Shown here: positions 1-12,619 of the stretch, in pieces
Position numbering within the stretch: the first letter of the stretch is position 1
Layout: the number at the start of each line of letters is the position of its first letter
Assembly: GCA_951406725.2 (NCBI GenBank)
Contig: OX597839.1
Span: 29,202,001 to 29,266,000 of the forward strand
Length of the DNA: 64,000 bases
Reading direction: 5' to 3'
From: Octopus vulgaris
Lineage: Eukaryota
The notes under the pieces: generated by a model
The model's database searches: none
The model's input: the letters and a program-made list of their open reading frames with translations, nothing else
Told to the model about the DNA's origin: nothing
Translations under genes and position numbers: made by a program

Positions 1-202
1 GTGCCAATCAGTGAATGGTTCACTGAATTTACATATGACAGGGAGGGTGACACGGTCTGTGGAAGTCAGCAGAACAAATGCCACAGGAAGACTTCTTACT
101 TTCAGTTTCATTAGTTATGCCTTTGCACTCAATTCGAGGCATTGGAGATGGTTACGAGGTGATAATATATGTATATACTCACGCATGTACATAAATACAC
201 AC

Positions 203-847
203 ACAGTCTGAGGACATGTACTGAGAGTGATAAAAATCAAACATCCAGTCAACATCATGGTGTTTGGAATGATCATTAGTGATGGTGATTTTATGCTTCC
301 ATTCCTCTTCCCACATGGCATCAGATTCTACGCAGAGGCCTACATCAAGTGCCTGGAGGAGGTAGTGCTGTCCTGGGTCAAGAGGGTGGCTGCTGGAAGA
401 CCCTATGTCTGGCAACAGAACTCTGCACCATGCCACACAATCAGGAGAACCCAGTCATGGCTGTCAGACAATTTCTGCAACTACATCACACCTAACATCT
501 AGCCACCTAACTCCCCAGACTACAACCCCTTGATTATCATGTGTGGTGCACAGTTGAGCAAGAGACCAACAAAACTGCTTGTAACAACACCAAAGATGAA
601 CTGATGGCAAGGATTATGGCAGCATTCACCAACTTAAACAAGGAGACCATCCAGAAGAGTTGCAGGAGATTCTGACGTTGTTTGGGGGCTGTGGTCGAAG
701 CCAATAGCGATTTTATTAAAACAAATTTACTCTTTAGTATTTCAAGATATTTTTACGTAATTTTGATAAATATATCTGTTAAAATGAGATGTGAGTGTTA
801 TTTTTATTTTTGCATAATTTAGACGACAATTTATTCACCGCATCCTG
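203..847 (+). mobile_element. Defective Tc1/mariner transposon, DD37D (maT/Bmmar1-like) family, 3' half with right terminal repeat
   Basis: Translation KHPVNIMVFG...WQQNSAPCH...W(*)PPNSPDYNPL(fs)DY; 37 residues between the second catalytic position (D>N here) and the third D. Contains a stop and a frameshift. Ends in ...TTATTCACCGCATCCTG next to a TA tract (rc CAGGATGCGGTGAATAA, maT-like end). Confidence 0.85.
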
Positions 848-1011
848 TGTATATATATATATATATACATTATATAAAAGGGCTTAGTAAAATAAATTAC
901 TTTGCCGCATACTGAACTCATTAGAAATAGCAGCTAAAAAACTTTTTTAAAGCTATTTCTAATACTTAAAGAAAATCTCTCTCATATATAGTGTTTGCTT
1001 AATTCAACTCA

Positions 1012-1058
<47 letters not shown>

Positions 1059-1998
1059 CTCATACATGCACATTATATATACATATATACTCACATACAC
1101 ACAAACACACACATATAACTTGGGATCCACTGACAACAATGGAACCTTCATTTAACTAAGGTATCTTTGGCTTGATGAGTACCTATCAGATCACTCCTCT
1201 TTTGGGTAATTACTACTTCTGAGGTTCTGCTAGCTGGGAAACATATGTAGCCTGGATTTTACCTTCTCCTCACCCTCAATTTGGATATATATACTCACAC
1301 ACATAAACACTCATATATACTCACACACAGAGACATATATACTTCTTAGTCATACAGTCATGCCGTGAACATGTTAAATTCTGATCCAAGGTACAGGGCC
1401 TCAAATAGAAGCATGAGAAATGGATATAGTTGACCAGATTGGTACTAATATATGACTGGTACCTTAATGAGACTTCTTCAAATAAGATTTATTCTGTCTT
1501 GTAGCCGCAAAAATAGAATACCAGGTAAAAAAAAAAAAAAAGAAAATTGATATCGCCTGGACTTGAACTCAGAACTAAACCATAACAATGGGGAAATCAT
1601 TCTGTCCGTTTCGTCATTCTAAACTGATTGTGTGTCAGTTTAGTAAATTCCATTATTTACGGTTCCTTGGATCCTGGAAATACTTCATGAACGGGGTGGG
1701 TGGGGGTGGGTGGAGATTTCCCTTCATCAGTCGGTTCTGCAGCAACAAATAGCGTGGCAGGGATGGGGTCGGAACAAAACAAAACACAACCTGACCCCTT
1801 TAATGTGGCTCTAAAACAGCCCCTCTTCCCCTTCCCTACATGATGATGGCTCACTGCCGCAGCATCCCCTTACGCACTCCCAGCTACTCTCCTCCTTGCT
1901 CCTTTTCATGTATACACAACCCTTTATTCTCAATTTGAACCTCTTTTCTTTCATTATTATTGTTGCTATTATTATTACCACCAACATCATCATCATCA

Positions 1999-2019
<21 letters not shown>

Positions 2020-2059
<40 letters not shown>

Positions 2060-2323
2060 TATGATTTTATTATGATTTTAGGATTGCTATTATTATTTCA
2101 TTATCATTATTATTATTATTATTTTATTATTATCATTTTATTATTATTATTATTTTATTATTATTACCATTTTATTATTATTATTATTATCATTTTATTA
2201 TTATTATTATTTTATTATTATTACCATTTTATTATTATTATTATTATTATCATTTTATTATTATCATTATTATTATCCTTATTATTATTATTATTATAAT
2301 TATTATTATTATTATCATTATCA

Positions 2324-2375
<52 letters not shown>

Positions 2376-2660
2376 TTATGATTTTATTATGATTTTAGGA
2401 TTGCTATTATTATTTCATTATCATTATTATTATTATTATTTTATTATTATCATTTTATTATTATTATTATTTTATTATTATTACCATTTTATTATTATTA
2501 TTATTATTATCATTTTATTATTATTATTATTTTATTATTATTACCATTTTATTATTATTATTATTATTATCATTTTATTATTATCATTATTATTATCCTT
2601 ATTATTATTATTATTATAATTATTATTATTATTATCATTATCATTTTATTATTATTATTA
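2020..2660. repeat. (ATT)n-derived tract with an exact 317-bp tandem duplication
   Basis: Anchor TTTATGATTTTATTATGATTTTAGGATTGC at about 2058 and 2375; ORFs at 2072 and 2389 are near-identical. Confidence 0.85.
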
Positions 2661-3390
2661 TTATTATCATTATTATTATTACTTTATGAATATTATCATT
2701 ATTGTTGTCATCATTACTATTTTATGATTATTATTATTATTATTATTCCACTAAGTGGTGAGGACTTCTTTCAACCATTCATCCCTGTTCTTCCACGACC
2801 ACGATGGCGGCAACCACCACAGAGACTATGAGAATAAAGGGTGGGAATGGGATTAGGGGGTAGCCGAAAGAAAGTGCAAGAAGGGAGGGGTGGGGCAGAG
2901 AAAGAGAAGCCTTTCATCTCTGAATCATCAAATTTCCTGGAGTGTTTATTCCCAGGCTTTGTGGTTATTAAATGCATTTACTTGCAGTCATTTCTTTCAT
3001 ATATCTGGCCCCTCTCCTCAGCCCTTAATTGTACCTCACCCCCTCCCCATCACCCCTGCCTCTCCACTGCATTACATAGTATACATACATACAGGGGACA
3101 AGAACCTAAAGGAATTATTATTAGGGATCTCTCAGTGTTTGGTGGAGGTGGTGGAGGTGGTGTTGGTGGAGGTGAAGGGGGGGTTAATATAAATTAATAA
3201 ATAGTAGGGGGGGATAGAAAATAAAAGAAGTTTAAATAAATGTTTGGAAAAATGTTTGAATGGAAAGCAAGCAACAATATTGAACCATAGCAGGGAGGGG
3301 TAGGGAGAGGGTGGGAGGAAGGGACATGGAAGGAGATGGACAGAGCGAGACAGGGAGAGAGAGACAAATGGTACGGAGAGGGGGAGAGGT

Positions 3391-3424
<34 letters not shown>

Positions 3425-3484
3425 TGAGAGAGATAGAGAAAGATGGATGAGAAGTTCTAAAGAAAGGAAACTGCTTGCAAGATT

Positions 3485-3522
<38 letters not shown>

Positions 3523-4269
3523 AGCGCACATGCACACAGGCGCATGTGCATGCACACTTGCGGCTGCTTGGCTCAAACCGTTTGGTTTCCTCGGAACTCA
3601 TTTCGCTTTGCTCTTCCTGTTGTTGATTCTAGCAACAAGTTGAAAATGAAAGTCTTTTTAGCTTCAGAGATAAAACAACCATACTCAATCCATCCATGCC
3701 ACACACCACCACCACCACCACCACTTCACCCCCCCCCCCAGCAAAGCTTGCACTCATCACCCCCCCCCCCCCGCTACTACCATACCACACATCCATCAAT
3801 TTCCACCCCTGCCACCCACCACATATTTGCCAATCTTACAATCCAAGCCATACCACAACTCCACACCCCCACCACACCACTGTCAACCCCCCCTTGTCAA
3901 CAGCCCCCACCCCGTCTTATCAATCTTCCAGCACACTCCTACCCTGCCTCTTCAACTCCACAAAATAGTACTTTGTCAACAGACTGCAACCCCCCCCCCC
4001 CCTTTATCTCCAACACACACCCCATCACTGGGGGGGGGGGGGTAACCTCCACCTGCAAGTGTCACCTCCACCACCACCACTAGTGTCAACCCTTCAACCC
4101 CCCCACACCATATGCTAATCCCCCCTCCCTACACCTCAAGCTGATATATAGTAACCTCTCCCTGCCCCTCACAGCACTTCTTATCCATTTATCTTTAACC
4201 TATTCACCTAGGTGCCACAACCATTTAAGCTTAGTACCAACACTACCCCCTACCTCATTCTACTCAATG

Positions 4270-4307
<38 letters not shown>

Positions 4308-4692
4308 TATATATATACATTCATACATACCAGTGCCACTGTTATACCTCTTAATATACCATCACCCCTACCTCCTACTTAATACATACCATCACCATCT
4401 TACTTCCCCCCCCCTTAACTCAACATATTATCACCCCAACCCTCCTACTTAATATTACTACTAGGAGGACCCTACATTAATACTGTCACCACCACCACCA
4501 CCACCACCACCACCACCACACTCTTATACACAATAGCAATACATGAATATTACCCCTACCTCCTACTGAATATGTTACTATTGCTTGCCCCCTCCCACCT
4601 CCTTCAATTGCTGTGGCCTGCTGCCTTAAGGCTGAGTTCAATTGTTGACTTTATATAGGACTGTGTTCTATAAATACTTATAATACACCTTT

Positions 4693-4727
<35 letters not shown>

Positions 4728-4728
<1 letters not shown>

Positions 4729-5009
4729 GAGGCGCAATGGCCCAGTGGTTAGGGTAGCAGACTCACGGTTGTAGGATCGCAGGGTTTGAGTGTTTATTCA
4801 GTGAAAACACCTAAGGCTCCACGAGGCTCCGGCAGGGGGTGGTGGCGATCCCTGCTGTACTCTTTCACCACAAGTTTCACTCACTCATTCTTCTATTGGC
4901 CTGCTCGCTTAACCAGCAGGGTGGCATCATTTGAAGGCTAAAACAATGCGAAGCGCATTGTGACCAGCGATATGTAGCAACATATGATAGCCTGGACGGT
5001 CATGGTGAT
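4728..5009 (+). mobile_element. tRNA-derived SINE, family C (tRNA-Arg-like head)
   Basis: GGAGGCGCAATGGCCCAGTGGTTAGGG A-box head; homologous to 13303-13600 and 28956-29118; B-box region deleted in this copy. Confidence 0.8.
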
Positions 5010-5143
5010 ATATATATATATATATAAATATATATATGGCTGTGTGGTTAAGAAGTTTGCTTCTCAACCGTGGAGAATTGTCTATATAATCTCTGGTCAC
5101 ATACACAAAAATGTAGGCATGTAAGCATATATATATATATATA

Positions 5144-5322
5144 TAGTGAGAATTTACAAAAAAGAAGACAAAGACGGGTGTGTAAACAACAAACAGATGT
5201 ATTAGTTTAACGCTTGGGAAGCGAGAAAGTCTTTTATGTTTCGAGCCTATGCTCTTCGACAGAAAGGAACACAGAAATAAGCAGGGAGAGAAAAAAAAAT
5301 GGTTTAGTGGCTAGCAATCACT
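5144..5322 (-). mobile_element. Short TA-embedded element carrying the hammerhead-like motif (Penelope pLTR-like)
   Basis: Homologous to 59265-59460; both lie beside (TA)n. A terminal fragment also occurs at about 53905-53935. Confidence 0.55.
5231..5266 (-). ncRNA. Second copy of the CUGUCGA hammerhead-like motif
   Basis: CUUU-CUGUCGA-A-GAGC AUAG GCUC-GAAA-CA-UA-AAAG; differs from 59364-59401 by CpG-type changes. Confidence 0.5.
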
Positions 5323-5383
5323 ATATATATATATATACATATATGTATGTAAAAATTAATACGCAGTACATAATTTTATAAAT

Positions 5384-5602
5384 ACAATATTACAGTAAAG
5401 GCAGTTATGAAAAGTAAAACCACATGCTGGAAATAGATGTCAAAGATCCTAAGCTACTTTATCAAATATACACTCGTGCTGAAATTGAGGGAATAATCAA
5501 TGAAAAAAAAAAGCGTATATTTGATAAAGTAGCTCAGGACCTTTGACATCTATTTCCAGCATGTGGTTTTACTTCTTGTAACTGCCCTCACTATAATATT
5601 GT
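5384..5602. repeat. Foldback inverted repeat, 91-bp arms, 37-nt loop
   Basis: 5384-5474 vs 5512-5602; 9 mismatches, all transitions, no indels. Confidence 0.92.
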
Positions 5603-6469
5603 GTATGTGTATGTATATATATATATAGCTATTAGAGATGGATTATCAATCGAGGCAAAATACTTTGTAAGCTCTCAGTACAGCAGGTTAACAATATAGT
5701 TTAGATTAGTAAGGAACTGCATGTATTCTTGTGGTAGGGTCTGAGGTTATACTTCATCACCATTCTATATTGTAAATTCATGGTTGTACTACTAGTTTTT
5801 TCAGTGATATATATATATATATATATACATACATACATATATCACTCATCAGTGATGGGGGTCCAATACAGAGCAAAACCACATGGTCTTCTTATTCCTG
5901 GGGTTAAATAGGAGTGTTGTCATCTCTTAGAGAACAAGCAGTATACGAACCATAAAGTATTGATAATAATGGCCATATATTCATATAAATTCATGAACAC
6001 AATCAAAAACACTGATATACGCATATGCAAGCATGTGTACATATCCACATACACACACACACACATTGCACACAGATATATACAAATATATATAAATAAT
6101 ATATATGTGCTCTCCTTAAGCAAGAACTTTATCCACCACTTTCAATGGTCTCTTATGAAATATTAATGTGAGGAAAGAAAGGAAGAATCGCTGTCGCATG
6201 AAAGTCTTTTCTCTTGTGACAACAACCAAAAGAAAAGGAAAGAAAGAAAAAAGGAGGAAGAAGAGGAAAGAAGTAGAAAACAAAGTAGGGGCTGGTGGGG
6301 AGGGGGAAGAGGAAAAGGAAGTCAATGTGCAGCAAACAGTTGTTATAATTAACCTGAAAATATCCAGACTTATTCCATCTTTCTGCAGAGATTCTGGCAG
6401 CTTTGGTTCAGTTAATTTTGAAAACAGGAGGAAATAAAATGTCCGTCATTTTTTCAGGTGGAGTGAAGC

Positions 6470-6975
6470 ATGTCTGGCAAAATGCTTAGCAGCATTCCAC
6501 CTGTCTTTATGTTCTCATTCCACCTGTCTTTACGTTCCGAGTTCAAACTCTACCAAGGTTGACTTTGCCTTTCATCCTTTCATCTTTGATAAAATAAGTA
6601 CCAGTTGAATGCTGGGGTCGATGTAATTGACTTTTGCCCTCTCTTGAACATGCTGACTTTATGCCAAAATTTTAAACCAATATTTCTGGTCAAAATAAGG
6701 CTGAACGCTGACAGAATCGTTAACACACTGGGAAAAATGCTTAGCAGCATTCCACCTGTCTTTACGTTCTCAAGTTCAAATTCTGCAGGAATTGATTTTA
6801 CCGTTCATCCTTATGGACTCAATAAAATAAATATACCAGTTGATCGTTGGGGGTCGGTGTAATCGACTTTCACCCTCCCCTGAACTTATGTCAAATTTTA
6901 AAACCAATATTACTGGTTAAAATAAAGCTGAATGTTGACAGAATCATTAGCATGCTGGGTGAAATGCTTAGCAGA
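6470..6975 (+). mobile_element. Tandem multimer of family A SINE (Nin/Deu-domain-like core)
   Basis: Repeated ATGCTTAGC...GAGTTCAAA...GACTTTGCCTTTCATCC...GATAAAATAAGTACCAG units. Confidence 0.75.
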
Positions 6976-8218
6976 ATGTGTTGTAGATCCAGGGGCAGTC
7001 TCAGGTGAATTGATATCAAAATATTTAAAACAGCTGTTTTTCTTCAACCCTGAAGATTACTTTGCCAAAGGCAACGTTTATTTATTCACATCGTTTAGAA
7101 TTAATTCTGCATTATCTTGTAACTTAGAGATTTCAAGAATGTAAATACATTTTTGGGATAACATTGTAGGGCAGGGGTGAAAGGCCAGTTCTAGCAAGTT
7201 TGGACATAAAACAGAGCTAAGTATGTTCAGGCTGAACAGGGATAGTTTAAATACCAAAGGGTTAATGTTTCTGCAAGAAGTGCACCAATAAATTGACCTC
7301 CAATGTCCCACAAAATGGAAAAGATGGAGAGTCACTGTTCTAACACACATGGTTGGGCCTTTGTAAAGCACCATAGCAATTATATTAGGGACAATTTTCT
7401 GCTGAATTCTCTCGGCTAACAAGTTTCATTGCTCAACTAGGAAATGATTTATTTGATCCGGTTGCAAAATGCCCTTAGGGGAGTAAACAAAAAAAAAGTT
7501 ACTGACTGAAGTATTTATTAGTCAGGATTTGTCCACACATTTTTAGGGAATGCAAACATTCACAAATGCAACATATGCAGATTAATGTAGGAGCCCCTCT
7601 ATGTGGTCCCTTAAATTGCAAGAAATAGCTAAAACTTTCACAAAACCCACTGTGCCTGTTTTAGAAATACACATTGGATAAAATAATCCAGGATATGGGA
7701 TAATCACAGCTGGATTATCTTTTGTCATAAAGCTGTTTGATCAGGTCCAGGCTGGGGTTTGTACTACAACAACAACTAACATATACGTGCGCATGCACAC
7801 ACACACACACACACACGGGTAATGTTTTGTTCTCTTGAACAAACACAAAGGAGCCAATAATTATTATTCATTTCAGGGAAGAAGGAAATAGATTTCGGCA
7901 TTCGTAACATTCACATCAATCACAAACAAGTTGCTGATTCATTCCACCGGGTGTGTGTGTGTGTGTGTGTGTATGTGTGTGTGGTGGGTGGGGGGTTGCA
8001 TGTCCAACAGCTCTTTTTCCTTCCTGTGACATCAGGTTGACCAATGAACCTCATCCCATTCCTGATCCCTTGCCATGCGGAGGGACACACACACACACAC
8101 ACACACAAAGGTAGTTTCATATAATGATGGTTTCTTTAATACCCTTTCTGAGGGTATTAAAGGGACCATCATTATCAGCTTTACCACCACCACCATGGTC
8201 ATCATCATCATCATTATT

Positions 8219-8432
8219 AAGGTGGTGAGATGGCAGAATCGTTAGCTTGCTGGGCAAACTGCTTAGTGATATTTCATCAGTCTTTATGTTCCGAGTTCAA
8301 ATTCTGCTGAGGTCGACTTTGCCTTTCATTTCGGGGTTGATAAAATAAGTATCAGTTGGGCACTGGGGTCAATCTAACTGACCTTAACCCCTTCCCCAAA
8401 ATTTCTAGCCATGTACCAAAATTTGAAACCAT
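8219..8432 (+). mobile_element. Family A SINE (tRNA head, Nin/Deu-like core, (ATT)n tail)
   Basis: GGTGGTGAGATGGCAGAATCGTTAG head, GAGTTCAAATTC B box, GTCGACTTTGCCTTTCAT core. Confidence 0.8.
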
Positions 8433-8480
8433 AATTATTATTATTATTATTATTATCATTATTATTATTAATATTAATAT

Positions 8481-8522
<42 letters not shown>

Positions 8523-8555
8523 CATTATTATTATTATTATCATTATTATTATTAA

Positions 8556-8588
<33 letters not shown>

Positions 8589-8602
8589 CATCATTATTAT
8601 TC

Positions 8603-8806
8603 AGGTGATGAGTTGGCAGAGTTGTTAGCATGCTGGACATTTTGTCCATCTTTAGGTTCTGAGTTCAAATTCTGCTGAGGTTGCCTTTGCCTTTCATCCT
8701 CTCAGGGTCAATAAAACAAGCACTGGTGAAGTACAGGGATCAATATAATCAACTAGACCCTTCCTTAAAATTCCAGGCCTTGTGCCTATAGTAGAAAGAA
8801 TTATTA
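8603..8806 (+). mobile_element. Family A SINE
   Basis: Same head, core and GGCCTTGTGCCTATAGTAGAAAG tail. Confidence 0.8.
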
Positions 8807-8888
8807 GTATTGTTGTTGTTTGTTTAGTTTGGCAACAGATGTTCAGCCAGATGATGTTTAGCCTTAATTTACATTATACAGCATACCC

Positions 8889-8960
<72 letters not shown>

Positions 8961-9301
8961 TGTGTGTGAGAGAGAGAGAAGGGGGGGAGAGAGAGAGAGA
9001 GTGTGTGTGTGTATAAATTGCATATAATGAAGATTTCAGACGTGTCAGAAATGAAAACAACTAGTATCAAATATAATCTAAGACAATGCATCAGCCTCTA
9101 TGTGGTCATGCAGTCAGCTAGAAATAGTAGTCAAATATTCCTCAGAGCTCAAGTGATGACAGTGAAGTCTGCATTGTTTTAGATCATAGGTGTTATCTTG
9201 TAGTTTCAATAAAGTGATTGTTTACTTTTAGAATTACATTGTAGGGTAAGTGTGAGAGGCCAGATCTGGTTGATGTATTTCAAAGACACATAACAAAAGG
9301 G

Positions 9302-9686
9302 TTAAAGTGACCTTAATTAAAATCTTCCACTGGAATTTCATATTAATTCATGGTTCAAACACCAGCATAATAACGATTTAATTTACCAAATTCTTCGTTA
9401 TTTTCAAAATTAACTGAAACAAAGACAAAATATTTCAACAGGTATATGGTAACAAAAGGGTTAAAGTGATCTAAATTAAAACCTTCCTTCAAAATTTCAT
9501 TTATTCTCCAAACACCAGCTTAATTTATGTTAATTTATGTTCCAAACACCAACTTAATTTATGTTAATTTATGTTCCAAACACCAACTTAATTATAACAT
9601 TATTTCACTAAATTCTTCACAATTTCCATAATGAAACGGGACAAAGTCAGTGTATTTCATCAGATATATGATGACAAAGGGGTTAA
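9302..9686. mobile_element. Two head-to-tail TTAA-joined repeat units (TTAA-AGTGA...AAAGGG-TTAA)
   Basis: TTAA at 9302, 9461 and 9683. Units are 155 and 218 bp, the second with a 34-bp internal triplication. Reverse-orientation tandem copies at about 10985-11220 and a fragment at about 26028-26135. Confidence 0.7.
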
Positions 9687-10095
9687 GCAGCAATTAGCAT
9701 GACACAGTGAGTAACAAAGCTGACAGTCTGAATAACAGGTGAAAGGCTTCTGCACAGTCTCCGCCTTTTCAATTTCATGTGCAAGCTATTGACCTTGGGA
9801 TGTGGTAGTTGCAAAGTTAACTTCTCAGCCATGCAGCCATACTGCAATTATTTTTCATGACATACAGCCATGTTACAACTGTTATTTCATCCCCACCCCC
9901 ACCCCACCCCATCTTGTAATTCTTTTCTCAAGAATGAGAATAATTATGGATGTAATGTGATGGAAGTAAATGGAGGTAGAGATGTAGGTCAGGGGAAAGT
10001 GGGAGGAAATTATGAAGAGTCTTAGGTGGAGGGAGAGAGAGAGAGAGAAAATGAAGGCGGAAGTATATTATATACATGCATGTATGTGCATGTGC

Positions 10096-10142
<47 letters not shown>

Positions 10143-10283
10143 CATACATACACATATATATACATGCATATATACATATACATACATACAATTACATATA
10201 TACATATACACATATAATATATATATATATACACATATATATATATATATATACATATATACACACACACACACATATACACA

Positions 10284-10317
<34 letters not shown>

Positions 10318-12619
10318 GAGAAAGAAAGAGAGAGAAAGGGAGAATGAAAGAGGAAGTATGGAGAGACAAAGAAAGACAAGGAGAGAGGAAGAAAGACTAA
10401 CAAGTATTTGGAAACAAGAGAATTCTCAAACAATGGCGACACAAAACAGCCTTGCAAATCAGGATCAATAAACAAGATGGTGGTGGTGGCAGCAATGGTG
10501 GCGATGGTGGTGGCGGAGAAGGTGATAAGTGTTGATGGTGGTGGGGACGGGTTGGTGGTGGCAGCAGTGAAGCTGGTTTCCTTAATGGTAACTGTGGTGG
10601 TGACAATAACACCAAATGGATGGGAAATGGGAAATAATACAAAAGGAGGAAAGACAGAAGGAAGGAAGGAAGGAATAATTAAATTAAGTTTCTTTTATTT
10701 ACTTTTTTTTAAAAATTATTATTTGTTTTTCTTTATATTATTCCAAAGGTAAATAGTCAGGTAAATTTTCAAGATGGAAGTCAATGCCTTTAGATCCAAC
10801 TAAGAAAAGCAGATTACCTGACTAACAAATTTCCACAACAGCTGTCACGGCAACGACTATCACCTGTATAAGTCCTATTACAATAACAGCTGGTAGATAA
10901 ATGCTCCAGTTTCCCTATTTTTAAAATATTTCTACTGCTATTACCAATTTGAATAAGTAAGGAAAAATGTTAATGAACAGCTTAAACCATTTATTATCAT
11001 ATTTCTAATGAAGAATTTAGTAAAATATTAAGTTAGTATTTGGAGCATAAATTAAAATGAAATTTGGATAGGTTTTAATTTAGATCACTTTAACCCCTTT
11101 GTTACCATATTTGTGACAAAATACATTGACTTTGTTTCAAATACTTTTGAAAATAATAAAGAATTTAGTAAAGTAGCTTTGTCATTTTATGCAAACTTAT
11201 GTTGCAAAGATAAATTTTAAAATAAAGTAAACCAGAAAACAGAGATGAAACTGTAATAAAAGATAAAGAAGAAAAGAAAGAAGGAAAGGATGTAATATAT
11301 GAAAGAAGAAGAAGATGAATGAGAACAGAAATTAGCCTCAAGGGTTTTAAAGATATTGAGAAGTGAAATTAAACACTCACACACAAACACACAATCACAC
11401 AGACAAGACACATGCATATAATACCATACACACAGAGACAACCAGACACATGTGCACCCACCCCCACCCACACACACAGAGACAGAGTTCTACACACACA
11501 TACAGACATAAATATACAACCAGATGCAGAGAGAGAGACACATGCACAATTACACGGTATTCAGCTTCCTGGGGAAACCTGCTCAGGATGCAATCAAAAA
11601 ACGATGCTTCTGAGTACCCAGGTATTCATTATGTTAATTAGCTGGCATTAAATAACACCCTACCACCCCCATCACCTGACCACCTATAAAAAAAAAAGAA
11701 GAAACAATACAACAATAAAAAAAAATACTTATAAATGCGATAAAAAAAAGAAAAAATTGAAGATTAGTGAGTGCACATCTGGGGTGTGTATGAAGGAGGG
11801 GATTGACCTGAGACGAGATTAAGAGGAGATCCTGAAAGTGTCTCAGGTAATAACACTAATTAACACACACACACGTGCATACACATACATATATGCACGC
11901 ACACACACACATATATATACATATATACACATATATATACATATATAGACATATATATACATACACATATATATACATACACACACATATATATACATAT
12001 GCACACACACACACACATATATATATATACAGATATGCACACATATATATATATACACACACGCACATATATATACATACACACACACACACATATATAT
12101 ATACACACATACACACATATATATACATATACATACACACACATGTATACATACATACACACACACACATATGTATATATATTTATATATAGACATACAC
12201 ATATACAGATAAAAACACATATAAACATACACACACACATATATATATAGATAATATACAGATATAACACAGAAACGTACATACATACTCATGCACGCAC
12301 ACACACACAGGTAACAACCATTGAGATAAACTGGTGGCCAAGGTGAGGAAATAATGGTGGTGGGTGAAGTTTGGCTTCCCTGGGGAAGGTACTGCAGCTG
12401 TTAAAAAAATGAGATAAAAAAAAAATTCTGGTGCGAGGAGCAATGTTAATTAATGTGCACAAGATGCAAAATTGTATGCACATGTCAGTGTTGCAATATG
12501 ATACGAGTAGCAGCAAGAACTTTTGCGCCAAAACTGTGCAGCATCATGAAGAAGCTTTCAATTCCTTGTGTGTAGGAAGGGAGAGGAGGCGGAGAAGTGG
12601 TGGTGAAGCAGGGGATGGG

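Noticed and set aside
919-963. ATTAGAAATAGC / GCTATTTCTAAT short inverted repeat
   Set aside because: 12-bp AT-rich arms made of a word (TAGAAATAGC) common in local repeat fragments.
1168-1253. GGC-UUGAUGA ... GAAA-CAUAUG-UA-GCC hammerhead-like words
   Set aside because: No coherent stem II closing; long unstructured insert.
1705-1735. Minus-strand CUGAUGAAGGGAAAUCUCC
   Set aside because: No correctly placed GAAA/stem III/NUH.
2981-3040. Minus-strand peptide with EER..IY, faintly like GRK exon 4
   Set aside because: Wrong spacing, no splice sites, no IMKELL motif.
3475-4083. 202-aa Pro/His-rich ORF
   Set aside because: Product of C-rich low complexity; antisense to the host gene; no domain.
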